Below, piece after piece: positions 9,272-18,532 of a stretch of DNA of 30,952 nucleotides (the stretch's first letter is position 1; each line of letters starts with the position of its first letter). Both the position numbers and the translations under genes were made by a program. The stretch is taken from assembly GCA_016839765.1 (NCBI GenBank), contig JAEOTP010000067.1, forward strand, positions 1 through 30,952, read 5' to 3'. The notes beneath the pieces are model-generated. The model made no database searches, was not told the origin of the DNA, and saw only the letters and a program-made list of their open reading frames with translations. This stretch comes from Promethearchaeota archaeon. GTDB lineage: Archaea > Asgardarchaeota > Lokiarchaeia > Sigyniarchaeales > SOKP01.

Positions 9272-9349
9272 ATGTTAATATTTAGATTATCTGTTCACTT
9301 TAAATATGCTAATTTTAATAATTAGATAAAAATTTTGATTCTTCTTAGA

Positions 9350-9532
9350 ATGGTTAATTGTTATTTATGTAAAAGAGATATTGAAATTCAAGATTTGCGA
9401 AAATCATTTCAAATTACATTAGGAAATATAATAAATGGAAAATTCTATGGTGAAAAGGTACTTTTTTACCATAAAGACTGCTTAATCAGTGATTTAAGTA
9501 GAGAAAGCAAAGCTGCCTCACAGATAATATAA
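9350..9532 (+). CDS. Small CCHC zinc-finger protein
   Basis: Likely ATG at 9350. C-x2-C-x33-H-x2-C (CYLC...FYHKDC). Confidence 0.55.
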   Translation: MVNCYLCKRDIEIQDLRKSFQITLGNIINGKFYGEKVLFYHKDCLISDLSRESKAASQII

Positions 9533-9553
9533 CATTTTTCATTCTTTTGAAGG

Positions 9554-10717
9554 TTAAAAGAGTTTTATCATTTCTTTTATGGTTTCACTTACTAATAGAA
9601 TACTGCTATTAATAGAATTTACTTTCTTTTTAAGATAATCTGGATCAGATTTTAACTTTTCAATTTCTCTAAAGATATCAAAAAATTGCTTCTTTGATTC
9701 TAATTCCATAGCATATAATTTTTGCCGTTTTGCAACTTTGTTCATGTTTACAAAACACCCATGATCATGAAAATCATGTGGAAAAGCTGGAAATCTAGTT
9801 TCCCACAGTATTTCCTCTAATTTATGATATATAACTTCAGATAATTTTTCACAATACTCCTTGCTTTTATTATTATAACAAAAATAAAATGGTAATTTTC
9901 CATTATTTTTTGTAATATAATCTAAAAGTTTCCCATAAATCAAATTAATTTCCTTCATAGTTAGGTTTAGATGTCTATGGTTTGCAGAAGGCTTACGCTT
10001 AAAAAATAGATTCTGACGACAAATTATAAGATTATACAATTCTATTATATTTAGAATAATTTTTTCTTGAAGCCAATGAGTAAATTTAAAAGTATATGAT
10101 TCTTGATTTAAATTCAAACTCAATTGCTTCATAAAGCGATCTATTAATGAGGTTTCATGAAAATCCATTATATAAATACCAATACTTTCATTTTTCCAAT
10201 AATTTTTGAGAACCTTTTTAATAATTCGCGTTTGCATTGGTGGGTCATAATTATTTAAAGGTATTTTTAGCTCATTATATTCTGGAACGAATGTTTTTCT
10301 CCAGAATCTATTAAGATTACCTCCATTTTTTAAAAAATATCCTGATTTATTGTCTTTTCTAGGATTCAAAAAACCATAGGGATTCATTAATGGAAAAAAT
10401 ATAACAGTTTGGTTTTTATTTAGAATATTTTCAATTTCAGTTACTTTTTCATCGATATCTTGTAAAAATTTTAATATTCCAAAAAGACCATTATACTCGT
10501 TATGTTGGGCTGCAATAAAAATTTTAACATATTTTACTGTTCTACTATCAAGAGAATTAGAAATGAATAAGACAGGAATTAATCCCTCTGGAATCTCATA
10601 TGCTTTATAATATATGTTCTTTATATTATTGAATAATTTAAATTTTTTCAATATTTCAAGAAACAGCTGTTTTCTTTTAGGTAAATCCATTAACTTTTTC
10701 AATTCTAAAATATCCAT
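9554..10717 (-). CDS. M14-family Zn-carboxypeptidase/deacylase-like protein
   Basis: IFIAAQHNE (Zn ligands), FPLMNPYG, GGNLNRFW, IMDFHE and C-terminal AMELE (catalytic Glu position). Confidence 0.75.
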   Translation of the reverse strand: MDILELKKLMDLPKRKQLFLEILKKFKLFNNIKNIYYKAYEIPEGLIPVLFISNSLDSRTVKYVKIFIAAQHNEYNGLFGILKFLQDIDEKVTEIENILNKNQTVIFFPLMNPYGFLNPRKDNKSGYFLKNGGNLNRFWRKTFVPEYNELKIPLNNYDPPMQTRIIKKVLKNYWKNESIGIYIMDFHETSLIDRFMKQLSLNLNQESYTFKFTHWLQEKIILNIIELYNLIICRQNLFFKRKPSANHRHLNLTMKEINLIYGKLLDYITKNNGKLPFYFCYNNKSKEYCEKLSEVIYHKLEEILWETRFPAFPHDFHDHGCFVNMNKVAKRQKLYAMELESKKQFFDIFREIEKLKSDPDYLKKKVNSINSSILLVSETIKEMIKLF

Positions 10718-10723
10718 TCTCGT

Positions 10724-12172
10724 TTAAGCCAAAATTTTATCCCAATTTGAAAATTTAATGATTTTTTTATAATTTTGAACCATTCCCTTAAATAAAACGC
10801 ATCCGATACAAAACATATTTATAAAGTCTTCTGATGTTAAATTTAATATTTCACATGTTCTTCTTGAAAATCCAATTCCTCTCTCAACTTCTATTTGACC
10901 ATTATATCCAGAAAGATTAACTACGAATTCTTGCTTATTCAAACCACTTATAAAATTATCCCTCGAAATTCTTACCAATCCCCCAATTGGAATGACTTTT
11001 TTATTATTTTGGGCCAAATATATACGTAGATCAAATGTATGTTTTCCACCTTTCCAATCTATTAATGAAAAATCAGCTTTTTCTTGTATAGTATAAGGAA
11101 ATGGATTGCGAGTCTTCATAAATTTGGCAAAAAATTCTTTTTTACTCTCTTTTATGATTTTTCTAATATCAGAAGGCTTCTCAAATTCAGATATTGGCAT
11201 AACACCAGCTCCACCAGATCCGCCACTAGGTTTAATTATAAAAGATTGTTCATATTCCCTCAAAAGAAATTCAATTTTATTTATGAGTTCTTCTTCATTG
11301 TAAGCTTTTGTAAATAAAAGATACTTTAAATTATATTTAGCGAGTTTTTTTTTATTATAGTAACTAGCTAAATATGTTAATGATTTATCGTCTGTAATCA
11401 AAAAAATAGGATTTACAATAATAGTATTTAGCATCCGAATATCTTTCTTTATTAAATTAATAAATTTATGATTATTTAGGCGTCTTGCGATTCCATCTCC
11501 TATTAACACATTTACTTTTTCTCCATCATATTTAACCCAATTCTGGGAAAAAGTAAGAGCTGTGGTTAATTGTCTGTAATCGGCAATTAGAAAAACAACT
11601 TCTGCTTTAAAGGTCCTATCAAAATTATCAACATTAAAAATTTTGATAGAGTGGTGTTTTTCCTTTAATTTCTTTCTTAAATATTCAATCATTATTATCT
11701 TTTCATGTATTAAACCATCATTAATAGGTACTCCAACCAGTACAAATATCTTATTATCATCTCTCTTATTGCTTATAATTGCTTGAAAAATAGCCTCAAG
11801 ATACCCATTATACAGAATAGACTGTTGTCTCTTTGATAAGATTGATAGTCCTCGATGTGATCCCCCATTTGTTTCTAAAAGAAAAAACTTTTTTCCCTCT
11901 GGATCGTTTGAAACCATGAAATCAATACTTCCCGTGTAAAAATAATCGTCGCATTGAAGATAATTATCTTTTTTTTCCTGCATTCTGTATAATGCTTTCT
12001 CTCTTACTTTATCAACAAATTTATCTTCTTGAGATGCTCTTAAATCAGCAAAAGAAACTAAATCTAAACCTAATGATTTCCCAAGTTGAATTAATTCCAA
12101 ATCAGATTCAGTAACTTTTTTTGACATTAATTTTAAAAATTTTGTGAGTACATTTACACTCAAATTTATCAC
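10724..12172 (-). CDS. Circularly permuted ATP-grasp ligase (real start may be ATG at 12127)
   Basis: N-terminal SIDFMV...FFLLETN (D...ExN). C-terminal IIKPSGGSGGAGV, IQEK, FDLRIY, GGLVR and VVNLS. Confidence 0.8.
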   Translation of the reverse strand: MINLSVNVLTKFLKLMSKKVTESDLELIQLGKSLGLDLVSFADLRASQEDKFVDKVREKALYRMQEKKDNYLQCDDYFYTGSIDFMVSNDPEGKKFFLLETNGGSHRGLSILSKRQQSILYNGYLEAIFQAIISNKRDDNKIFVLVGVPINDGLIHEKIIMIEYLRKKLKEKHHSIKIFNVDNFDRTFKAEVVFLIADYRQLTTALTFSQNWVKYDGEKVNVLIGDGIARRLNNHKFINLIKKDIRMLNTIIVNPIFLITDDKSLTYLASYYNKKKLAKYNLKYLLFTKAYNEEELINKIEFLLREYEQSFIIKPSGGSGGAGVMPISEFEKPSDIRKIIKESKKEFFAKFMKTRNPFPYTIQEKADFSLIDWKGGKHTFDLRIYLAQNNKKVIPIGGLVRISRDNFISGLNKQEFVVNLSGYNGQIEVERGIGFSRRTCEILNLTSEDFINMFCIGCVLFKGMVQNYKKIIKFSNWDKILA

Positions 12173-12240
12173 TTAAGGAAATATTGAAATGGGAAAAAAA
12201 CTCTTAAAAATAAAACCGATAATTAATCTTAAAAATATTA

Positions 12241-13446
12241 TTATAAATAAAGATATCCTTGATGATTACCTTTAGTACTTAGTCTTAAACTACCAAGTAA
12301 AATTTTCTTAATTTGGTTTTGCTCCTTAAAATTGAAATCTGAATATAAAAGAATGTAATCCTTTTCTAAATTAATTACAAAAAGAAGTCCAATTTTAATC
12401 ATTTTTGAATCTTCAGTCATTAAGGAGATAATGACATAATGGTAGGGTAATTTAATCAAATCGTTCACTCCTATTTCTATTTCAATAATTTCATCCTTCT
12501 CTTTATCATAATCGTTTTTAATAAATTTTATATCGTTTAAAGGTATAGATATCTTTCTAAATCCTTCTAAAATTTTAGCAAATTGACTTTGCCTTAGGAA
12601 TCTTCTTTCATCTTTATTTTTTTCATAAAAATATCTATTTTCTTCTTTTAAAAGAAGCAGTTTTCTATTTTTTGATTTAGAGGCATTTTTTTCAATCTCT
12701 TTTAGCTCTTCAATACTATCATCATGAAAAATAATTAAGATATCTGGATCAATAGTATCTATAAAAAAATTTTTATAAATAACTCCTGCTTCTGTTTTAA
12801 TCCAGCCATCACTATCAATAAGAATGAAATCTGAATTTTTATGAATTTTATTATAATTGTCAATTAAGGACTTGCACGAATGTGCTACAATAAATTTAAA
12901 ATTTGACTTAGGAAAAGTACTCCCAATGAAAACCGTTTCTTCTGCATTAATATCTGCGCTTGTTATTATAAAATCCTTAATTTCTCCTATGTTTAAAGTA
13001 GTGGGTAGATACATTATCTGTTGACCTAAATCTGAATCAAGATACCCACCAGTAAATCCTTCTTTTAGTAAATTATTAGCTATGTACTTGATTAAAGTTG
13101 TTTTTCCATTACTTATTCCTAATACCATTATTTTTAGTGGATTCCTTGTTTGATTCTTTTTAATCTCAGTTATAACTATATCTTTAATTTTATCCCATTC
13201 TTTATTGATTGTATTTTCCTCTATTAAATTAAGATTATCCTCATTTGAAATATAAATTTCTAGTTTTGAAGGTTCTAATGCATAAATTGGATATATTGTG
13301 GCACTTGGTATAATTAAAGAATTCTCTTTTCCAGCTTTCTCAGGTGAAAAAATTTTACCAAAAACTTCTACTTTTCCTTCAAGGATATTAATTCTTGATG
13401 GACCTTTAATTAATATTGTATGACTCTTTTCTACATTTTGAATCAT
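12241..13446 (-). CDS. Clp1/Grc3(Nol9)-like polynucleotide 5'-kinase family protein
   Basis: N-terminal LIKGP..I..LEG.VEVFG, P-loop MVLGISNGKTT, DSDLGQ, FIGSTFP, IDSDGW and lid ERRFLRQ. Confidence 0.8.
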   Translation of the reverse strand: MIQNVEKSHTILIKGPSRINILEGKVEVFGKIFSPEKAGKENSLIIPSATIYPIYALEPSKLEIYISNEDNLNLIEENTINKEWDKIKDIVITEIKKNQTRNPLKIMVLGISNGKTTLIKYIANNLLKEGFTGGYLDSDLGQQIMYLPTTLNIGEIKDFIITSADINAEETVFIGSTFPKSNFKFIVAHSCKSLIDNYNKIHKNSDFILIDSDGWIKTEAGVIYKNFFIDTIDPDILIIFHDDSIEELKEIEKNASKSKNRKLLLLKEENRYFYEKNKDERRFLRQSQFAKILEGFRKISIPLNDIKFIKNDYDKEKDEIIEIEIGVNDLIKLPYHYVIISLMTEDSKMIKIGLLFVINLEKDYILLYSDFNFKEQNQIKKILLGSLRLSTKGNHQGYLYL

Positions 13447-13614
13447 AAAACGCTCATTTTATCATGTTTAAATTAAATAATAATGCTGTTAAGACAACAT
13501 TTTATGTTTATTAATTAAAAGAAAAATACTTTTCTTTTCTACTTTTTATATTTTTTATTCATAAATATGAACTATTTGCTTTAATTTTTATAAGTTTATT
13601 AATTTAATCTAATT

Positions 13615-14373
13615 TTAAATCTCTTTTACAAAATTAATAAGTTCAGAGACTATTTTATCATGATCGGGACTTTCTAATATTGGATGATCATTATTTTCTA
13701 GCCAGAGTTTCTTTTTAACAATTGAACCTATCTTTTCATATATATAATCCATGCTATTCGTTTTTATGGCAGAATCCAAGCGACCTTGAAGTAATAATGC
13801 CGGACATTTTATATTAGGTAATATCTGCTTCATCTGTTTTATAAGTTTTTTCATTTTAGTTGCTTGATTCAAAGGAATTTTATTATAACCAACCCATTTG
13901 TTATTTGTTTCTTTTTTAAATTTTGCTGAATCAACAGGATAATATTTAATAAATATTTTTAAAAGTGGAACTAATTTTGAGCCGATAGCTTTTATACCAG
14001 TAGGAGCACTTATAGTGAAGATACCATCCAATTCATACTTGCCTGCCAAAATCAATGCTAGGACACCACCCATCGAATGCCCACCAACTATTAATTTATC
14101 ACATTTTTCTTCTAGCAACTGTATTTCTTCATTTAATGCATTTTTCCAAGCAACTATTAGAGTATTCTTTAAATCTTTAGGCGAAGTTCCAAATCCAGGT
14201 AATAAGGGGATATGAATCGTATATCCTGTTTTATTATTAATATCATCTGCAATATATTTTAAATCTGCGCATGTACCTCCTCCACCTCCAGGAATCATTA
14301 AAATTCCAGTCTTATTCCCTTGAAAATAAAAAGGACCCGCACCTGGTAATGTTTCCTGAGTCAAATTATGCAA
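13615..14373 (-). CDS. Carboxylesterase/monoacylglycerol lipase-like alpha/beta hydrolase
   Basis: PLLPGFGT, GHSMGG, QGRLD and NNDH (Ser-Asp-His triad). TTG start. Confidence 0.85.
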   Translation of the reverse strand: MHNLTQETLPGAGPFYFQGNKTGILMIPGGGGGTCADLKYIADDINNKTGYTIHIPLLPGFGTSPKDLKNTLIVAWKNALNEEIQLLEEKCDKLIVGGHSMGGVLALILAGKYELDGIFTISAPTGIKAIGSKLVPLLKIFIKYYPVDSAKFKKETNNKWVGYNKIPLNQATKMKKLIKQMKQILPNIKCPALLLQGRLDSAIKTNSMDYIYEKIGSIVKKKLWLENNDHPILESPDHDKIVSELINFVKEI

Positions 14374-14420
14374 TTTAATTCACACAATAGTAATATATAA
14401 AACCATAAGGGAAATATTAT

Positions 14421-14957
14421 TTACTTTTTCATCACCTTATAACAAGGAATACACATATTGGAACCTTGATAATCAACAATTCGGGAACTCATAGTCAGCT
14501 CATTACAAACTTCACAAGGAATAGATTCTTCTATCTGAGCTCTTTCAGGAGGAATAAATTCTACTTCTCTAATGTCAAAGAGGTTCTCTGGGTTTGATGA
14601 TAATAACTTCTTTACTCTCTCATCACGAGTTAACTTTTTATCTTTAAAAACAGCACTTTTCAAAGCTAACCTAACACCTTTCTGAGATTTACGACTATAT
14701 ATTGTAAAATTATTTTTTCCATAATCTAGATGAATTAAATTTCCTTTGCCATAAGTTGTTCCTAATAATGCCTGAATAGCATCTACACTACAATTATCAT
14801 TTTCTACAACAGCTACCAACTCTTCATCAGGTGAATGTTCGAATCCGAGACTTAAAATGTATTTAGCAACTAAAACTCCTAATGCTACACCTGGACATAT
14901 GTGCCCATGAAAAATTGTGGCTTTTTTCATTAAATCTTGAACATCCATATACCACAC
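14421..14957 (-). CDS. FmdE-family protein (formylmethanofuran dehydrogenase subunit E-like) with C-terminal Zn finger
   Basis: FHGHICPG, ENDNCSVDAIQ, TYGKGNL and C-terminal CEVC...CIPC. Confidence 0.88.
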   Translation of the reverse strand: MWYMDVQDLMKKATIFHGHICPGVALGVLVAKYILSLGFEHSPDEELVAVVENDNCSVDAIQALLGTTYGKGNLIHLDYGKNNFTIYSRKSQKGVRLALKSAVFKDKKLTRDERVKKLLSSNPENLFDIREVEFIPPERAQIEESIPCEVCNELTMSSRIVDYQGSNMCIPCYKVMKK

Positions 14958-15030
14958 TAAGCAAAATTTATGTATATAAAAATTTCATTTATATTATTTA
15001 TTAGATGATATTTATAAATTTTTCATAGAT

Positions 15031-15555
15031 ATGAAATTTTCTATTCAAAATGCTACTGACATGAAATTCTTAGTTGACGCGATGTTGGGAAGATTATCAC
15101 GCTTTTTAAGAATTTTTGGGTATGATACAATATATGCAAATGATTTAAAGAAACACTTTAAAGTGGATCCTATTCCTGATGAAAATTTAAAAAAGTACGC
15201 GGAAGATAATGACCGCATAATTATAACGAAAGATTATCCTTTTTATGCCAAAACAAAAAGCAGAAGTATATATTTAGAAGGAGAAGGCATATATAATTAC
15301 TTAAACCAACTTAAAGAAACTTTAGATATCACTTATGAATTTGATCTAAGGAAAGCTAGATGTTCTATTTGCAATTCAGAATTAACACGAGTTAAAGATA
15401 AAAATATAATTAAAGAAATTGTGTTAAAAGAGACTTATAAGAATTACGATGAATTTTATCAATGTAATAATCCAAAATGCAAAAAAGTATTTTGGAATGG
15501 ACCTCATATAATAGATATCACAAACAATTTAAAGAAAAAATTAAACCTTGATTAA
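15031..15555 (+). CDS. Mut7-C RNase-domain (PIN-like) protein with Zn ribbon
   Basis: KFLVDAMLGRLSRFLRIFGYDT, RIIITKD, RCSICN and C..PKCKKVFWNGPH. Real start may be ATG 15061. Confidence 0.88.
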   Translation: MKFSIQNATDMKFLVDAMLGRLSRFLRIFGYDTIYANDLKKHFKVDPIPDENLKKYAEDNDRIIITKDYPFYAKTKSRSIYLEGEGIYNYLNQLKETLDITYEFDLRKARCSICNSELTRVKDKNIIKEIVLKETYKNYDEFYQCNNPKCKKVFWNGPHIIDITNNLKKKLNLD

Positions 15556-15786
15556 TTATTCCTTCTTAAAATAAGTTTGCTTAATTTCTTGAAACTTTAG
15601 TTTGGTATTTTCAGCCTCTTCTGTACACTTACCCTTTGTATACATACTGTAAGCTTGATTCAATAATTCGAGTGTTTTTTTATATTCTTTATTCTTAAAA
15701 TGGTTCTCTGAAAGTTCTACAAGGTAATCTCCTTTTTTCTTATAAAAGGCCATAAAATCTTTAGAGGTGTCAATTTTTTTATCCAT
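15556..15786 (-). CDS. Small helical TPR-like hypothetical protein
   Basis: Helical-repeat-like pattern (HFKNKEYKKTLELLNQAYSMY). ATG start; fills the gap between neighbours. Confidence 0.55.
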   Translation of the reverse strand: MDKKIDTSKDFMAFYKKKGDYLVELSENHFKNKEYKKTLELLNQAYSMYTKGKCTEEAENTKLKFQEIKQTYFKKE

Positions 15787-15865
15787 GATATAGTTTCGTA
15801 TAAAATTTTTGGATATATAGTATTTATAACGTATTAAAAAATAAAATTAACTAAATTTGTATAAT

Positions 15866-17290
15866 TTAAAATTCTTCTGCTCTTCTGCGGAAATCCTCTA
15901 AATATATGACTTTTTCATTCAATCGGGATTCTTCTGCGGCAAAAGCCATCAAATGACTTTCTAATGATGCGCGAGCGCTTGTTAAAGGTTGAATTTTGTT
16001 TTTATCAATAAGTGTATCAATAAAAGCATCTAATAGTTCGGAATCTCCTTCATCAGCTTTACCTGATTCAAGAGACATTTTGTTTCTATATACTAGTTTC
16101 TTTTTCCCTGAAAAATGATTATAGAAAAATAATGTTTCACCACTGACATGAAATTCTCCGATTAATGTTGCTTTTGTTCCATCTATTCTTAATGTACGTC
16201 CTTCTTGTTCGCTGAAACCATGCATTGTTAGATTAGCTGTAATTCCATTATCAAATTCAATATTTACAATTTGATGATCAACTACATCATTATCACAATG
16301 ATATACACATTTACCATATTGACTCGTTTTTAAAATTCTAGCTTTTGCTTTATCAGAATAATCTTCTTTCTGACCTGAATATAAATAATATATTGGGAAA
16401 TCTTGGTAATATCTCAATCTTTTTAATGGTTTTATTATTTTAGAAAAATAGGTTAGAAAATTCACATGTTTCCTTCTTAATCGACCTAATAACTTTATAA
16501 GTAGATTTTTACTTTTTTCCATCATTTGAGTTATTGGGACAATATCAATATAAATTCTTGGGGCATAATAGAGGCAATCTTGTTTTGCAGGACATCCATC
16601 TAGACAATATTCAGGAGCTCCTTTCGGTGCATTTTCCGGCTTGAAATGTAATAAGCTTCCAAAAGAACTAATCTTTTTTGGCATTGAATTTACTATCCAA
16701 TAAAGAAGATCTAAGTCATGGCAGCATTTGGCAAGAATCATTGGCGAAGAAGTTTCCTCATTAGCCCATGGTCCTCTTACATAGCTATGTGCATAATGAT
16801 ACCACATTACATTCTCTCTATAAGTAATGTTGATAATGTCTCCGAGCAGTCCTTTATGTACTATATCATGCACTTTTGAAAAGAAATTAGAGTATCTAAG
16901 TATATGTCCGACTCCTAATATTCTTCCTGTTTCTTCCACTTTTTTCACAATTTTAATACATTCCTGTAGAGTATGTGCCATTGGTTTTTCTAATAAAATA
17001 TCATATCCCTTTTCTAGGGCTTGAATTGTAGGTTCTGTGTGCATTTGATCTTGAGTACAAATAAACGCAGCATCTGCCAATCTTTCTTTATTAAATAAAT
17101 CCTGCCAACTTTCATAACATCTTTCAGGAAGAATTCCATGTAGAGAAGCAAATTTCTTACGTCTTGTCTCTATAGGTTCAGCTACAGCGACGAATTTTAA
17201 CTTTTTTCTATTCTTTAAAGCGAAATCTCCATAGATAGTTAAACCACGCCTACCAGCTCCAATGAGTACAGCAGTTATTGGTTTTTTCAT
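15866..17290 (-). CDS. Gfo/Idh/MocA-family NAD(P)-dependent oxidoreductase
   Basis: IGAG.RG Rossmann motif, LLEKPMA, HSYVRG.W, LAKCCHDLD and DVVDHQ. Confidence 0.9.
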   Translation of the reverse strand: MKKPITAVLIGAGRRGLTIYGDFALKNRKKLKFVAVAEPIETRRKKFASLHGILPERCYESWQDLFNKERLADAAFICTQDQMHTEPTIQALEKGYDILLEKPMAHTLQECIKIVKKVEETGRILGVGHILRYSNFFSKVHDIVHKGLLGDIINITYRENVMWYHYAHSYVRGPWANEETSSPMILAKCCHDLDLLYWIVNSMPKKISSFGSLLHFKPENAPKGAPEYCLDGCPAKQDCLYYAPRIYIDIVPITQMMEKSKNLLIKLLGRLRRKHVNFLTYFSKIIKPLKRLRYYQDFPIYYLYSGQKEDYSDKAKARILKTSQYGKCVYHCDNDVVDHQIVNIEFDNGITANLTMHGFSEQEGRTLRIDGTKATLIGEFHVSGETLFFYNHFSGKKKLVYRNKMSLESGKADEGDSELLDAFIDTLIDKNKIQPLTSARASLESHLMAFAAEESRLNEKVIYLEDFRRRAEEF

Positions 17291-17305
17291 TTTTATTAAA
17301 ATCTT

Positions 17306-18415
17306 TTAAGATTCTATAACAGAAGAAATTTTTCCTTCTAATAATAAATAATCTAGCAAAACAATAGCAGTCATAGCCTCAACGACTATAACTGCACGTG
17401 GAACAATACAAGGATCATGTTTTCCCTCAATCTGGATTAGGTCTTCCTTCATAGTCTTGATATTAACAGTTTTTTGTGAAACTTCTACGGAAGGTGTAGG
17501 TTTTATAGCAACTGTAAACTCTATAGGCATCCCAGTCGAAATGCCTCCGATTATTCCTCCTGAATCATTTTTTTCCGTTAAAATTTTACCATCCTTAATA
17601 ATCCAAGGATCATTATGTTCTGACCCTTTCATTTTGGCTGCGTTAAAACCAGCACCAAATTCTATACCCTTTATAGCTGGAATTGAAAAAATAGCTTTAC
17701 TAAGATTAGATTCAATACTATTAAAAAGTGGGCCCCCTACGCCAGCAGGGAAATTAATTGCGACACATTTTATTAAACCTCCTATTGAATCGCCTGCATT
17801 TCTCACTATCTCAATTTTTTTTATCATATCTTTAGATAATTCTGGATTTAATGATCTAACCATTGATTTTTCTCTTATGCTGAACCATCTTTCTAACTCT
17901 TTAAAATCATAATACCTATCATCTACAATTGACCCAATACCTTTAGTATAAGCGATTATATAGATATTATGTTTTCTTAAAATTTGCTTTGCTAATGCCC
18001 CAGCCATGACAAAACCAGCAGTGATTCTGCCCGAAAAGCGTCCTGATCCTCTATAATCTGCAAATCCACCATATTTTTTTAAAGCAGAATAATCGATGTG
18101 GGATGGTCTTAGTAATTCTCTGAATTTTTCATACTTTGTTGAATCTATATCTTCATTTTTAATAATAAGACAAATCGGAGCACCAGTTGTTTTATTATTG
18201 AAAATACCGGATAATATCTGTGCTTTATCCAATTCATCACGGGGTGTAGCTAAGTGAGATTGGCCAGGTTTTCTCATATTTAATTCTTTCTGAATTAGAT
18301 CTAGGCTAAAATTAATACCTGCTGGCATTCCATCAACTATTACTCCTATCAAAACTCCATGACTTTCTCCGAAGGAAGTTATTTTTAAATGATTACCGAA
18401 AGTGTTGTCTCCCAA
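17306..18415 (-). CDS. aroC: Chorismate synthase
   Basis: FGESHG, RPSHID, SIGG, IPAIKGIEFGAG, GGISTG, KPTPS and GKHDPC. TTG start. Confidence 0.95.
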   Translation of the reverse strand: MGDNTFGNHLKITSFGESHGVLIGVIVDGMPAGINFSLDLIQKELNMRKPGQSHLATPRDELDKAQILSGIFNNKTTGAPICLIIKNEDIDSTKYEKFRELLRPSHIDYSALKKYGGFADYRGSGRFSGRITAGFVMAGALAKQILRKHNIYIIAYTKGIGSIVDDRYYDFKELERWFSIREKSMVRSLNPELSKDMIKKIEIVRNAGDSIGGLIKCVAINFPAGVGGPLFNSIESNLSKAIFSIPAIKGIEFGAGFNAAKMKGSEHNDPWIIKDGKILTEKNDSGGIIGGISTGMPIEFTVAIKPTPSVEVSQKTVNIKTMKEDLIQIEGKHDPCIVPRAVIVVEAMTAIVLLDYLLLEGKISSVIES

Positions 18416-18532
18416 ATTTTACACTTTTAAATAAAATTTTTTAATTTATTAGAATAAATATCTTTTAATTAATAATATATCCTTGATTTTCTTTAATTTT
18501 TATTTACGCAATTTTTTAATAACCTTGAAAAA

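Noticed and set aside
10724-12172. Calling the ATP-grasp protein a true tubulin-tyrosine-ligase-like (TTLL) ortholog because of FDLRIY, GLVR and DFMV..LLE.N
   Set aside because: The motif order is circularly permuted relative to TTLLs and fits CP-ATP-grasp families better. Only an analogy is claimed.
14421-14957. FmdE as evidence of a formylmethanofuran dehydrogenase operon or methanogenesis
   Set aside because: No other fmd/fwd subunits are nearby, and stand-alone FmdE-family genes are widespread.
15031-15070. Duplicated ATGAAATT (MKF...MKF) at the start of the Mut7-C gene
   Set aside because: An 8-bp AT-rich match that only makes the start ambiguous; no evidence of function.
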